In this document: in pieces, positions 52,626 to 64,000 of the stretch | Numbering within the stretch: the stretch's first letter is position 1 | How the letters are laid out: every line of letters begins with the position of its first letter | NCBI GenBank assembly: GCA_036172245.1 | Contig: JAYWIR010000001.1 | Location: forward strand, 7,936,001-8,000,000 | DNA from: Raillietiella orientalis | Taxonomy: Eukaryota | Length of the DNA stretch: 64,000 nt | Direction of reading: 5' to 3' | Position numbers and translations under genes: made by a program | The notes under the pieces: model-generated | What the model was told of the DNA's origin: nothing | What the model saw: only the letters and a program-made list of their open reading frames with translations | Databases searched by the model: none

Positions 52626-54089
52626 AAAGGAGTGGACACTTACCTGTAGTATCCTGAAAGTCCAAATTCCAGTTTCCTCTTCTTTGGTCTCAGGAAAAGT
52701 TGCTGCATTCCTGCAGTTCAGCAGCCATTTCTCGAATCTGAAGCATTTAAGAAGCCCCACGTCTGGACCTTTCCATTCCTCATCGATCATTGATCTTCCT
52801 GGATTACCAGGTAACTCTTCCAGTGCTCTTCTCTCCGGGAACCAACGTACTCGCTTCACAATCCTCTGTTACTCTTCTGCTACCTGATGGTGGTTCCGAC
52901 GCCGGGCTGCAATCCGTGTTTGTGTGCAAGAAACAGAATTTTATTGTCCTACAGTGCTGCTCGGTACTTTTTTTACAGCATATCTGTCAGCGTGTTAGTC
53001 GAGTGACTACTTGGATCACCGCCGCACGTCAACTTGGCGGCTGCCCTCTTATTCCAGCAGTGTACCAAAAAAACATGCTTCTCAGAATTACCAAGAGAGA
53101 GGATCCCGATCGAACCTTCAAAAGATTTCTTCAAACATCCCCGACTGCTGCCTCCAGGAAAAACTCCTTCATGACTCGAATTCATTTGAGGCGCAACGAA
53201 AGGAACGTAATCTATCTGGAAATCCAGTAGAAGCACACCACGGTGCTTAAGGGGACATCCTTTCATGCAATTTTAATTTCGCCTTACGAATTCAATGCAC
53301 TCTTGAAGGTGCCACTGAATGGTACGCTGACAATGATTTTCAAAGCCCACCGTAGTGCATTTGTCAGTTCGCCCGTCATGATTAGCAGGGTGGACATTTA
53401 AGAAAGGTATCGTCTCACCTTGCTTTCGGAAGCAGCAGCTTATTGGAGGTCATTAGAGAGGATGTGGATCTACGAGCAGAGGAACGAGAAGACTTCACGG
53501 TTTTTACTAATTGTTCTTCGTGAAGAGCTCTGGGATGGTCGCGATGGAAACTCAGAAGTGGTTAGCATTTGTCGGGATCTGTGATCTGATGAGCGTTTCG
53601 ACAAGATCCGGATCATGCGATAATGTATATTGATAGCTGGAATCTCAAGAACGCGTAGCTGGAGATCCAAGCATTTCCCTTCAATCTACGCGCTGTTATT
53701 GCTATTTAAATGAGAAGCCATTGACATAGATTCGCTGGTTAATACTAATGAGACGATCGACTCCAAATTCTGTTGCTACCATGTAACCCCGATTATGCTG
53801 GAACCCTCTTCTTTTCAGAAGCTCTCGTGGTCACTAAATATGCTAGAGACCTTTTCAAATGATTTTTCATTTCCAGGATGACTGCTCCGAGGTAGACGTG
53901 GAGCGGAGGTACTGTGTCCACAATCACGGAACGGGAGGATATTATCGCAAAAAGTGTTTTTTTCATCATGTCCACTCGCGCGTCCAGGATTTCTGAAGCG
54001 ATCGACTTGCAATGACGATGAAATTCTTTGTTTGAACTTCTCTTTTCTCATCGGGAACTTGATTTTCCAAATGCTTGCTCATCCTTCAT

Positions 54090-57000
54090 GTGGCCAGGTG
54101 ACAAATTTTGCCTGATTTCAGCCGTTGTCCGCCATGCTGATCATTGGAGGTGCGACTTCGCGAAGAACTGACTTTCTGCGTTCCGATACGACACCTACTA
54201 GACCTGACTTCTTTCTCAACGAGTAGAGCTGGTCTTCAAACTTATCCAAAAAGTGAATTCATTGTAACCAATCAGCATCTTCATCTCTTAGAATGCGTGG
54301 AGAAAAGGCAGGCAACGATAATAAAGTCCGTGGTTACGCACGTACGGAGTTCAGAACGTGCGTGTATTCTGCTCTGGTGAATGAGAAGTGTGTGGTCCTT
54401 CCGTGAGCTGCCGAAAGGCCTTATCCTCATTACTCCAGTTAATTGGTCAGGCGATAGATGGATTAGCTTTCATAGAAGGGTCCAGCAAATGCTGAAGTGC
54501 TCCTGTAAGTGAATGCACGCCGTAACCCATGCTGGGATCAATCGCGTGCCTTTGAATTCCGTAGTGGAAACGATCCCGAGATGAAGAGTTATGGCGTATC
54601 ATGAAAAAAAATAGGCGCAACTATTGCCTGGGAAACCTACGTTTATTAATAACTGAGAAAGCAAAAGATGTATTTGAAAGTACCATTCAGAATCCATCGC
54701 AGTGAACAGTGCGTCGTCGCGATGTGCAGCGCACCGTGGTTCGAATAAATGAAGTAAACGCTGCGCAGAGTCCAGCTGCAGCTCTTTAGAAGATTAAGTG
54801 TGTCGCCTGCCTCTTTCTAAGGAATCTGCCACATCTGTGGAAGCGTCTCCATTGCTCACATCCAGAATGCTCAGGGGTGATTTCATGCTGATTTCGTGTT
54901 TGATTTCCATTTCCATCTGCAACGATAGCAGCCTCCATGTGTAAGAAAAATACGATGTGCCCATTTCGTGGTCTCTCCCTTATAAAAAAGTTATGCTGCA
55001 TCGTTGCAACATTATCACAAAGACCGTCACTTGAAATTCGCGTAATAAGTGCAACCTTTGGTTCCGACTGAACTTGGGCTCTTTCGGATCATCGGGCAAT
55101 TTGGCATCGAGACTTTTTGTATCACAATTCCGACGGCGTAAAGGGAAACCAACTACTTTACTTCCATGCAGCTTCAAACTGCTGAAGCTGATCATGAAAT
55201 GCACGATAATGATTCCGCGATAAAACGTCAGAGCCGTTCGTTGTGACGAGCAAGCAAACGACTCTGATGCCATGAAAGTTCCCGCTGAGTGCATCCTTGA
55301 ATTCGTCGTGAACACGTCTGATTTCAAAGCCACTGTGCATCCTCCACGTTTTGTAAAGGTCATTCGAACTAATTATGAAAACTGACAACGTTCTCAGCAA
55401 AACAAGAATGCATGCTCTCAATCATTTGGTACGGAGACCATCTACACCTTGACGATGCCATCAGAAGTGCGCCATTTAAGAACCATCATCATCATCCATA
55501 CTCTTCCTTTCTCCAAATCACTTCCTCTTGCTATCCTACAATTTCCCAATCAGTACCTTATGGAGAATAGCATGTTTATTCCGTTTGTCTTCGTCTATCA
55601 TCTGCTGTTTCATGCTGGTCAAGACTATATTTCTGGATTGCAAAATGGAGAGGCGCTGCTTGATTGCTAGTGGGAGAAACCCATTTACACTGATCCACTG
55701 GTAAGCCCGGAATACCTGGATCGACCAGACGTAGAACGCTCTGGAAGATTTCGAAAGAATCGCAGGCAGCACAAATCTCTTCTAATTTCAGGGGTCTCCA
55801 TGCAAGCAGGTCGCTGTACAATCCCCACACGTAGCAGTGAACTTTTAAAGTGAGGTAGTAATTTGGGTGCGCGAAGACAGCGGCACGCTTGATGAAGCTT
55901 TGTGAGCGAGCGATCTTGTCCTCCAGGTATTTTACACGCTCCTCAACGGTCTCGTACCGAAGTATGACCTCGAAATCCAGAGCCTCAGTATCCAATTTCT
56001 TGAAAGCAGATAACAAGATCTCATCGGTCTTATCCACGTATAGCTGAGGAGAGGACATCTTGCAGTTGTCGCATCTCCAGAGGCAGGTGGGCGCTCGTTG
56101 GTCGGTGGGCATAAGATACCCCGTGGAACACCTGGGGCACTTCACGGCACCGATGTAAGAACCGAGTTCCGTAGGATCCTTGCAGCGTTTGCATTCGCAG
56201 GGGAACCACTTGCAGTGCATGAGCTGCTGGTTACGGAGTCTGGTCGGCAGCAGGGGGTCAACGTAGCAAATAGTCAGTCTGCTATCAGATTCCACGTCGA
56301 CAGCACAGCGGAAAGAAACTTTGTAATTGTCAACAACAGTCGCAATACAATTCGGGTAGCAACTGTGTTCGAACAAAGAACCCTTCAGCATCACAAAACA
56401 CAAACTGCTGCTTGGATCGTAATCAAGTGCCGCTGTGAAAGCGTTCAGATGCGCAATCCACCACAATCTTTTGAGGCTCTCGTTGGAATGTTCCTGTAGG
56501 CAGAAAAAGGACCGAAATCTGCTCAGCTTTTGCCTCGATGAAATCGGAGTTTCTCCTAAAAATTTGGGGCTCTTTTGCATTGCACATAGCTGTTCCCACA
56601 TTTCTAATCTCTGCTGACGCAACGCCAAGGTACGCAACAGAGGAATCATCCAGTAGTCATCCGGAGAGAATGAAAAATACTTCGTTTTGTTCTTGCTGAA
56701 CAGGAGGCACTCCGGCTGGTGATGCTGGCTTGATTCACATCTGGAGCTGCAGAGTAGCCAGCCACATTTGGTGCACCAGTGTGGTGTTTCGGTTTCGATC
56801 AAAGACACAGTTAAAAAACATCCAAGACAGTAAGATTGATCTGTTTCCCGCCAAATCATCAAGGGGTCGTCTACGAACAGCACAAAATCCGCTTCCAGCC
56901 TGTGCGAGGCTACCCAATGACGGCGCCCATTCTCATCCACCTCCACTCTGTATGAACTGCAATCCTGTGCGTCCCAGTAACACTGCCGCTGCTCCTCCTA

Positions 57001-58270
57001 CAGTACCATACCTGCCAGCAAGAGTTGCAACACAAAGAATTCTTTTCGCCACACAAGTTGCACGTATCCATGAAGAATCCTTGACACCAGGATCACGTTT
57101 CACAGCTGCACCTAATAAAATGAACTCAGATTTCTGAACAGATGCCGCAAACACTCTGATTTAAATTTTTCATTACGCAACATCCATGTATGGTACAGAA
57201 GTACCACCTGCTGAGAGAAGTAAACGCAACATTTGGAACCACAACCGCAACCAATTTTAGACATGAAAATGCAACTTTCAATGAAAACAAAAAGCCGCTG
57301 CTTCGCGAAAAGTTTGCAATGCGAGTCTGCAAGCGAGGAACGGACTCGCCAATCATCAAAGCAGCGAAACAACAGTGAGGCTGAATCTGTGGTGATTCAG
57401 CTTCACAGTGATTCGAACAACAGCGATTCTCGGCACCTCGAGGTGCGTCCGGACGCAAGAGGCACATCGATTCCTAGAAGCGCTTTTCTCTGGAAAATCC
57501 ATTGAATGCTCTGGAAGATCTTAAATCTCCCTGGAGGTGATTTAGTTTTTTCCTTCCGGATCTTCATCCTCTCTGTACAGCAATCTCGAAAGCTCTCTTT
57601 ACCCAGCGATCCTAATAAGGAAGCATGCAGCCCTACAGCTCGCCGGAACACACGTTTTGAGCAACGATGGGGCCATTCTTTATAAGCACTCTCACGAAAG
57701 TGTACACAACCAAGTATACACAGAAATGGTGACGTTCATACGCTAGGAACATTAATGACCTCTAAACGACTGGAAATGCCGTCTGAAATCTAAAAAACAA
57801 CTTCATAATGAACCTTCCATGAGAATATGAGATCGGAAAAGAAGAAAACGAACTCATCAGTGGCATCGGCCATCAGCAAACAGTAACAAACATTCAAAAA
57901 TTTGGGTGTGAACGCTCTTACCCACAGATCCTCCCTAGAAGACCAGATGGATGTTTGCTAATTGTCGGTGTCAAAAAGCACGTCAGATGAAGCAAGAATC
58001 ACTGCAGACAATTCAGCTGTCACCTTCCTCCTACTACGATTTTCAGCAAGCTGCTGTCATTCCTCAAACGACAACGAAGCTGAAAGGCACCTGTCTCAAG
58101 GTCGTCGCAACATTGCACCACTATATTCTTGCAGCCTTGGGCCCTCTTCAGTGCGAGCGGAAAACCCTCTTTCTCAAAATTAAAGTTATAATACTGATGG
58201 CACCCATGAACGAAACCATAGTGTATGCATGGAAACGACCTTGAGTTCCTGGAAGTCCTAAGGAATGTGG
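54090..58270 (+). repeat. Segmental duplication unit around copy 4, homologous to about 25250-29400
   Basis: See the paired feature. Homology extends over non-coding flanks on both sides of the gene. Confidence 0.85.
55557..57071 (-). pseudogene. SET and MYND domain gene, copy 4, with a frameshift in the N-terminal MYND finger (pseudogene, N-truncated form or assembly error)
   Basis: ATG at 57071 (MDTCNLCG..CNSC..WYC) is out of frame with ORF 55576-56946, with an apparent 1-nt deletion near 56998. The rest is intact, including the 49-nt intron 55715-55667 and exon 2 at 55666-55557 (RLSILQSRNIVL). Confidence 0.85.
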
Positions 58271-61200
58271 TAACATGCATTGAATGGACATTCCGATCAG
58301 ATGAACTGTGGTAGTTCCAGGAGAAGACACATGAATTACGAAAACTTTAAAATAGAGTTTACTGATTTCTGTGAAGAGCATCCATGGAACGAAAAAACGC
58401 CGCAGCGGTTTCTGCTTAGTGGTAGGCTTCTGTGCACGTATGTCCTTTACCAGATGTCAACTCCAGATTAAAGCAGTACAAGCTTCCAGCATCCCCTCGA
58501 ACAAAGCGAGTCGGCAATTCCTGCTTCAAACCTTCAAACTTCTAAAAAGCGAATCCAGAAGATGCAAGATGCAGACTGCCATTTACGGTAGAGGAAGTGA
58601 TGCAAAGGTCATCAAGACCACTGAGTGGAAAGCAGCAAAATTGCTTGAATAATAAGATAAGGTTGGTCTGATCGGTGACTCGGGATGCGGCTGCATTGTT
58701 TTTTGATGGTGCCTTTTACTTTAACAACAGTGAAGGAGGTTTTCGTCGCGAGGTCACAAAAATGCACTCTTTGGATTTTGAGGAAAATCACATACCCGTC
58801 TTTTGAATGAAACGATTGGAATCTGACACCGAAGAGTGTAACGGAATCAAAATGATCTCTAACTTCGTTTCTCTTTTAGCTTATAGAGCATCTCTTTTGA
58901 ATAGTGCTAACTGTATAAAGACTTTTCATGGAAAGGGAAAACAATAAAAATTACTTTTCAGCATTCAGCTGTGGAGGCGGTCTGGCAGACCTTCTAATGA
59001 GAATGCAAAGATATTTGGATATTTCAATTCTCACAAAGCTGACAAATAGGTATACATTTCACGCTCCTTTCGTCTTCCAAGAGATTCGTTTGCGCAGGCA
59101 ATGTCGAAAATGGAGAACTAATGAGCGACTTGAAACTCTTCTTGAGTAATGATGCTGAGGTCGCACAATGTTTCATATGCTCTACACAGGCTGCGTGCAT
59201 TGTAATATCCTCTTCGGATCATGTGCTGTCCATTAACTATCCCAATGTCTGCATTTCTGCAGCATGAAAATCTGGATTGGCCCCGTGAATGTGCTCGTGT
59301 TGCGGGGTCAGTTTACTCTTGCTCCTCATGAGTGGAGACATTATGCGTAGAAACAAGTGCTCTGTGTGCTGCATCTCTTACTAGAGGAACTAAAAGTTTA
59401 AGCTTTCTGCAACATCGTATTTTTGTAAGCAACTCGAAACAGAATGCATCTCATCTATGAATGCACAACACGTGCTCATTAGAAAGGAAAAAAGAGAGTT
59501 GATGCAGATCGCTTGAACACAATGCTCATCACCACTGCTTTTTGATGAAGTCGCTGCAGGCAATAAATGATCCATAAACCAGTTTGTCTTCTTCAGTTCA
59601 AGGCGTCTACCTTGATTAACAATAAAACCATCCCCACGATTCCATTGCAATTCTACAAGATTATCCACTAGCAGCCTCTACATTGCTGGTCATTGCAATT
59701 TCGCCTTTCTGTTCCATTTTCAGCCCAAGAATAGTAAACAAGCATGTGAATCTCCGGCATTTTTTCGATCAGATGGCGGCAAAAAGCTGTTTTAATCTGC
59801 AGCCTTCACTCAATGAAAACGTATCATACCTGGTTAGGATCTGCTTAGCTGATTAGGGACAAACCAGCTCTAATCTCTAGTTCTGTGGTTTTTACTGCTC
59901 ACTGCAGCATCTCGTAGCTGCGTGTTATTTATGCTGCATATGCAGTTCAGCTCTCTTGATGTCTGCGGATTGCTATTTGCGCACCTACGATGCTACTTAG
60001 AGCCTACCATTTGGCTATAGCATGTATCCTGCAACAAGAGTGACCCTATCTCCAGAGAGGCCACCGTTCAAATGCATTCCTTTCTTCGAGGGTCACTGCT
60101 GCTGCTTCTCATTGTTCACTTTCTTCTTATTCATGAGAATGGCCCCCTGGAATTCCAATATTTTCGCCACCCCTCAAATTCGCTCCACTCAACGAAAAAA
60201 AGGCTATTCTTGTAGTTGAAATAGATTGGAAGATTAGAGTGAAGGATGGCAGAGTTAACTTTGGCAAACTAGGAAAAGATATGAGCTGCAGCACCAGCTA
60301 TGCAAACACAATGCATGTGTTTATTGCGATTCTATCGTCATTAGAAAATCGCATGTGGTGACAACACATGATGGTTGCAACTTTCTGATAAGCTGCTGAA
60401 TGCATCCAACAATTTCCCACGGAGAGGAAACAGGGTAGATTCACATAGCATCGGCCATCGGCCGAGCTCTTTGCCAATTCCTCGAAGCTGCTCATGAAAG
60501 TTGCTGGAATCAGCTTTTTTATCGTTCCAGTGATAAGTGGGAGCATAGCTGTTTAGCAGATTGTAGAGATAGGAAATCTCCAAAGCAAGGCCAGGTTCCG
60601 ATTATTCTTAAGCCTCTCTTGAGGATCCAGAGAGCAGTAAAAAAAAGAAGTACAAGTTTCTAAGCTGCTCTAACTCTATGTTACTAAACACAGAGTGGTT
60701 GGTGCGAAGTGAGAGCGGTATTTGAGATTGCTCATAACTCCACTATGCATACAAATTAAAGGTGCTGACATCAAGTTGTTATTGATCGCAATGTCAAGAG
60801 ATTAAAAGGAGCGTGAGACTGTTTGGACACCAGGGATATGTCCTTAAGGAATAAGAAGCCCGTCCTACCTACGAACAGGTCCTTAAGAAAGGCTGCATCC
60901 ATAAAGAGTTGCTAGATCTCTACAAGAAGCAGCATCTGCCTTTGCAAAGCGGAATTGAACATCAGAGATTCAGACTCTTTACGAGACTTAAGGACTGTTT
61001 TCAGCCTTAGTATCCATTCTTGCTTTTCGACGAGACCGCTGGCCGCTCTCTCCGATGGCATTCTCTTTTCCAGATTAAGAACTCTCTGTCTCCTTCAGTA
61101 CAGTGACACGCTGAGATGTTGAGAAACCATTTCTTAAAGCGGTTATGCATCACATCTGAAGCCTTGTTCTCTTACGTTTGCTTTGACGATAAATTGCTCT

Positions 61201-64000
61201 TCATTTCCCATCAGTCGCAGGAGAAGAAAGTGAATCATTTTAGATGCGCTCACATCTCCACAATCTGACATGACAAGTGTTTAGTGACACGGATAGAACG
61301 AACGTTCTGTAGCAGTAAAACCTTCTAAGAAACAGTAGTTCTACTAGAAACCGAAGCCGTAAGCAAATGCCCTCATCTTTGCTCGTTCTGTTACTTGGGA
61401 CTTTTAGGAAATCATCTGGATGCTTTACTTCTGGAAAAAGCCTTGTGATGGGCGATTGATCTCTTGTTTAGCCTTAGGGCTAAAAAAGAGAAGGCAGTGC
61501 ATCTGCGACGGCTCACGCAAGCTGTAATCTCAACAGAGGAATCTCTTGTCAAAGGCGGTTGGATGCCCAATGTGGAAGGAGCAGAGGAAAAAATCTGGCA
61601 TGGTATTTTTTCTGACGATATTTCTTAAGTTCTAATTCTCTCATTTGTTAAAATGAGAGCACCGAGAAAACACAGATGACTTTTAAACAGCGATTTGCAC
61701 TGTGGTAAGAATGTGCTCTTGCTGTTGCGTAGCAAAGCAGTTTTGTTTCGATCACCATAACTAGCAGATGCGCAGTCAGTGATGAACCAGCTGCCGAAGG
61801 TCCAGCTACGATGAAAGCAGCTCTGGAACCATCGCTCATTCAAAGGAAAGGTTAAGTCACTTGATGAGTGTCCGACTGCTGCGATTCCGGCTGAGTCAGG
61901 GAGTCCACAAGTTACCAACCCAAAACTGATTACTTCTGAGAGGTAAAAAGGTACTTAGAAAACGACGCTCGGTCTCGAGTTTCATTTTTTCGTAGACTTT
62001 TTGTGGGAAGGGTACACGCTTCTGCGAAGGAGATTCAGTGGTCTTATGAGAAGCAGCAGCTGCGGCCACAAGAACACAGAATACATGGAGAAACAATTTT
62101 GTTGTTCTAATCACCACCTCAGTGTTTGGTTTGGTGTTCAACTAGAAATGGTTAAGCCAAATGCAAAACCAGAGTGGGTAGAAGGGATGCATCATCGCAT
62201 TGACTCTCGTAGATAACAGGATACAGCTGAATGACTCTTCTGTTGCTTTACAGAAGGGAAGAATTTTTTGGCATGCGCTGCTATGTTAGGACCTTGCAGT
62301 TGGGCATTCGATTCTACAAGTCAAGCTATTAAAGATCCGAAATGTCTATCCTCTTAGAAGCACCTCACTTTGCCTGCTATAGAAAACTACACTTTTCCTT
62401 TGCATTTTGAGTTTGTTGTGGATACTTCTTTTAGATTTTCTCAAAAAGCTTATGTTACTACTGCGAGATTCTGTAACTACTACTTTCACCATGCACTTTT
62501 CAGAATTAAAATGTTCCGTTTTCTGAAGAGTTTTGTAGACCAGCAGTCTGAATGCAGCCTCATTTCCAGTCTCTCGCAGTAGAAGGAACGAAATAGCCAC
62601 CTTCAGAATTGGGGAACTTTTCTCTTTTAGTGAGCTCCTTCCAGAAAAGCTTTTCCGGCAAGTGCACTTTGTATTTGACGGTTGATGTTCGAATTAAGAA
62701 ACAAGATGGATGCACAAACCAAAATATTCTTCATTTCGTTTTGGGTACGCTGCCTTACTAAGAATAGTCTTCTTTCTTTCTCTAGTGCAGTTTTGCCCTC
62801 TTTTCACAAGGATCCTCTTGTACAATGAGCTCATGCTTGTTTATCGGAGCCCTTTACAGATTAACATGATCAACGTTCCAAACACTTTATGAGAAAGTGA
62901 ACGTGGATGGTTGTCATGGTTTATGAGAAGCACACATCCATGAGCAGGTTGTCCACACAAGTATACCTTGCTTATCTGCGGAGAATGTCTGCTGCCTCAA
63001 TAACCTATCAAAGTATCAAAGTACTGTTTGCAAGATAGTAAAGAAAACGCTTTCGCCAGCAGACACTCCAAGCAGCTTTGAAAAGGTTCACGGTGACATG
63101 TTTTTAAGACGGCTGTCATCTTACAATTCCGCATTCTGATTCTCCTCTACATGATAGCTTAAGCAGAATCTCTCTTTTTCTGTCATTGATCATCGAATGA
63201 AAAGAATCTACTGTCGTCCAAGGAAACCTAACGGAAATGCGACTTCAGTAGCTGTACAAGTGAACGGCAGTGGAACCAGGTAATGCAAAATCTTTTCATG
63301 AAGCGGTCATGGAAATCTCCATTCTTGGAAACGACGCCTCCATACGAGTAAGCATGTGGAAAACTTTTTCACATTAGTAACACACACACCATGAGATGAT
63401 CTGCTGCGATACTCTCTTCCTTATCCTTTCCCGAGAATCCATATATCAGAAACAAATGAGTCTTCGCATCACGTCTATCTTGTAAAACTTCACTCCGGCA
63501 GTGCAACTTCTTTTCATAACACCAACTACAGATATGCACTATGGTTTTGTCATTCCCTTTCTCACAGTCCGCATCAAACAGCGAATGAGATCGTCTGACT
63601 GCTTGTATGAGGTCCAAATCTGAAGTGGTTTGCGAAGGAAAGCAGCAAAGAGAAGTGCTTGTATCAATTCGCTGCTAGAAGTTGGACCTGCAGTTTTCGG
63701 TGAGAATGAAGCTGCGTTTCCGAAATCATCCCGCCAGTCACGTAGGCGAATGTTAGCCTGAGCTATTTCGATTCCTGCTCTATTGATTCAATGCGTGGGC
63801 GTAAAATACCAGCAAACTCTATGAGTGGGTTCATGAAACAGTGTGATTGAGAGGGGGACTACGAGTCGCTCTCACACTGTCGTCCAACGTCCCTAACTGA
63901 TTCCTTCAATGTGTTTCCCTGATAACGCTTGCCAGGAAACTTCCGCCTTTCGTAAGAAGCACAGCTCAGAACATTTCCCTTCAAACTCGCGGGTTGAATT

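Noticed and set aside
56998-57011. 14-nt GT...AG segment whose removal would restore the frame of copy 4
   Set aside because: Far shorter than the 49-74-nt introns here, and it would delete the conserved WYC residues.
58300-64000. Scattered 60-100 aa ORFs
   Set aside because: No recognisable domains, RNA genes or repeats by eye; treated as intergenic or intronic.

Overview
Eukaryotic genomic DNA, most likely arthropod; there are no prokaryotic features. (1) 1-14.2 kb is a graveyard of non-LTR retrotransposons. It starts with a decayed minus-strand R2-superfamily (NeSL/Utopia-like) element carrying zinc fingers and RT. Next is a nest of APE-type (L1/Tx1-like) elements that can be reconstructed from three perfect target-site duplications (16, 18 and 12 bp). 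(2) About 14.3-58.3 kb is an old tandem array of four minus-strand SmydA/Msta-like genes (MYND + split SET). They share a splice architecture that the ORF track misses, and their flanks are homologous. Two intact copies have lost the catalytic SET tyrosine, one is frameshifted in its N-terminal MYND finger, and only one looks fully canonical. (3) A retroposed 24-nt U2 snRNA 5' fragment with oligo-A and a near-perfect TSD, a second LINE remnant cluster at about 48.3-52.1 kb, AT-rich islands and a perfect 45-bp palindrome complete the window. All alignments were done by eye; family assignments need HMM/BLAST confirmation.
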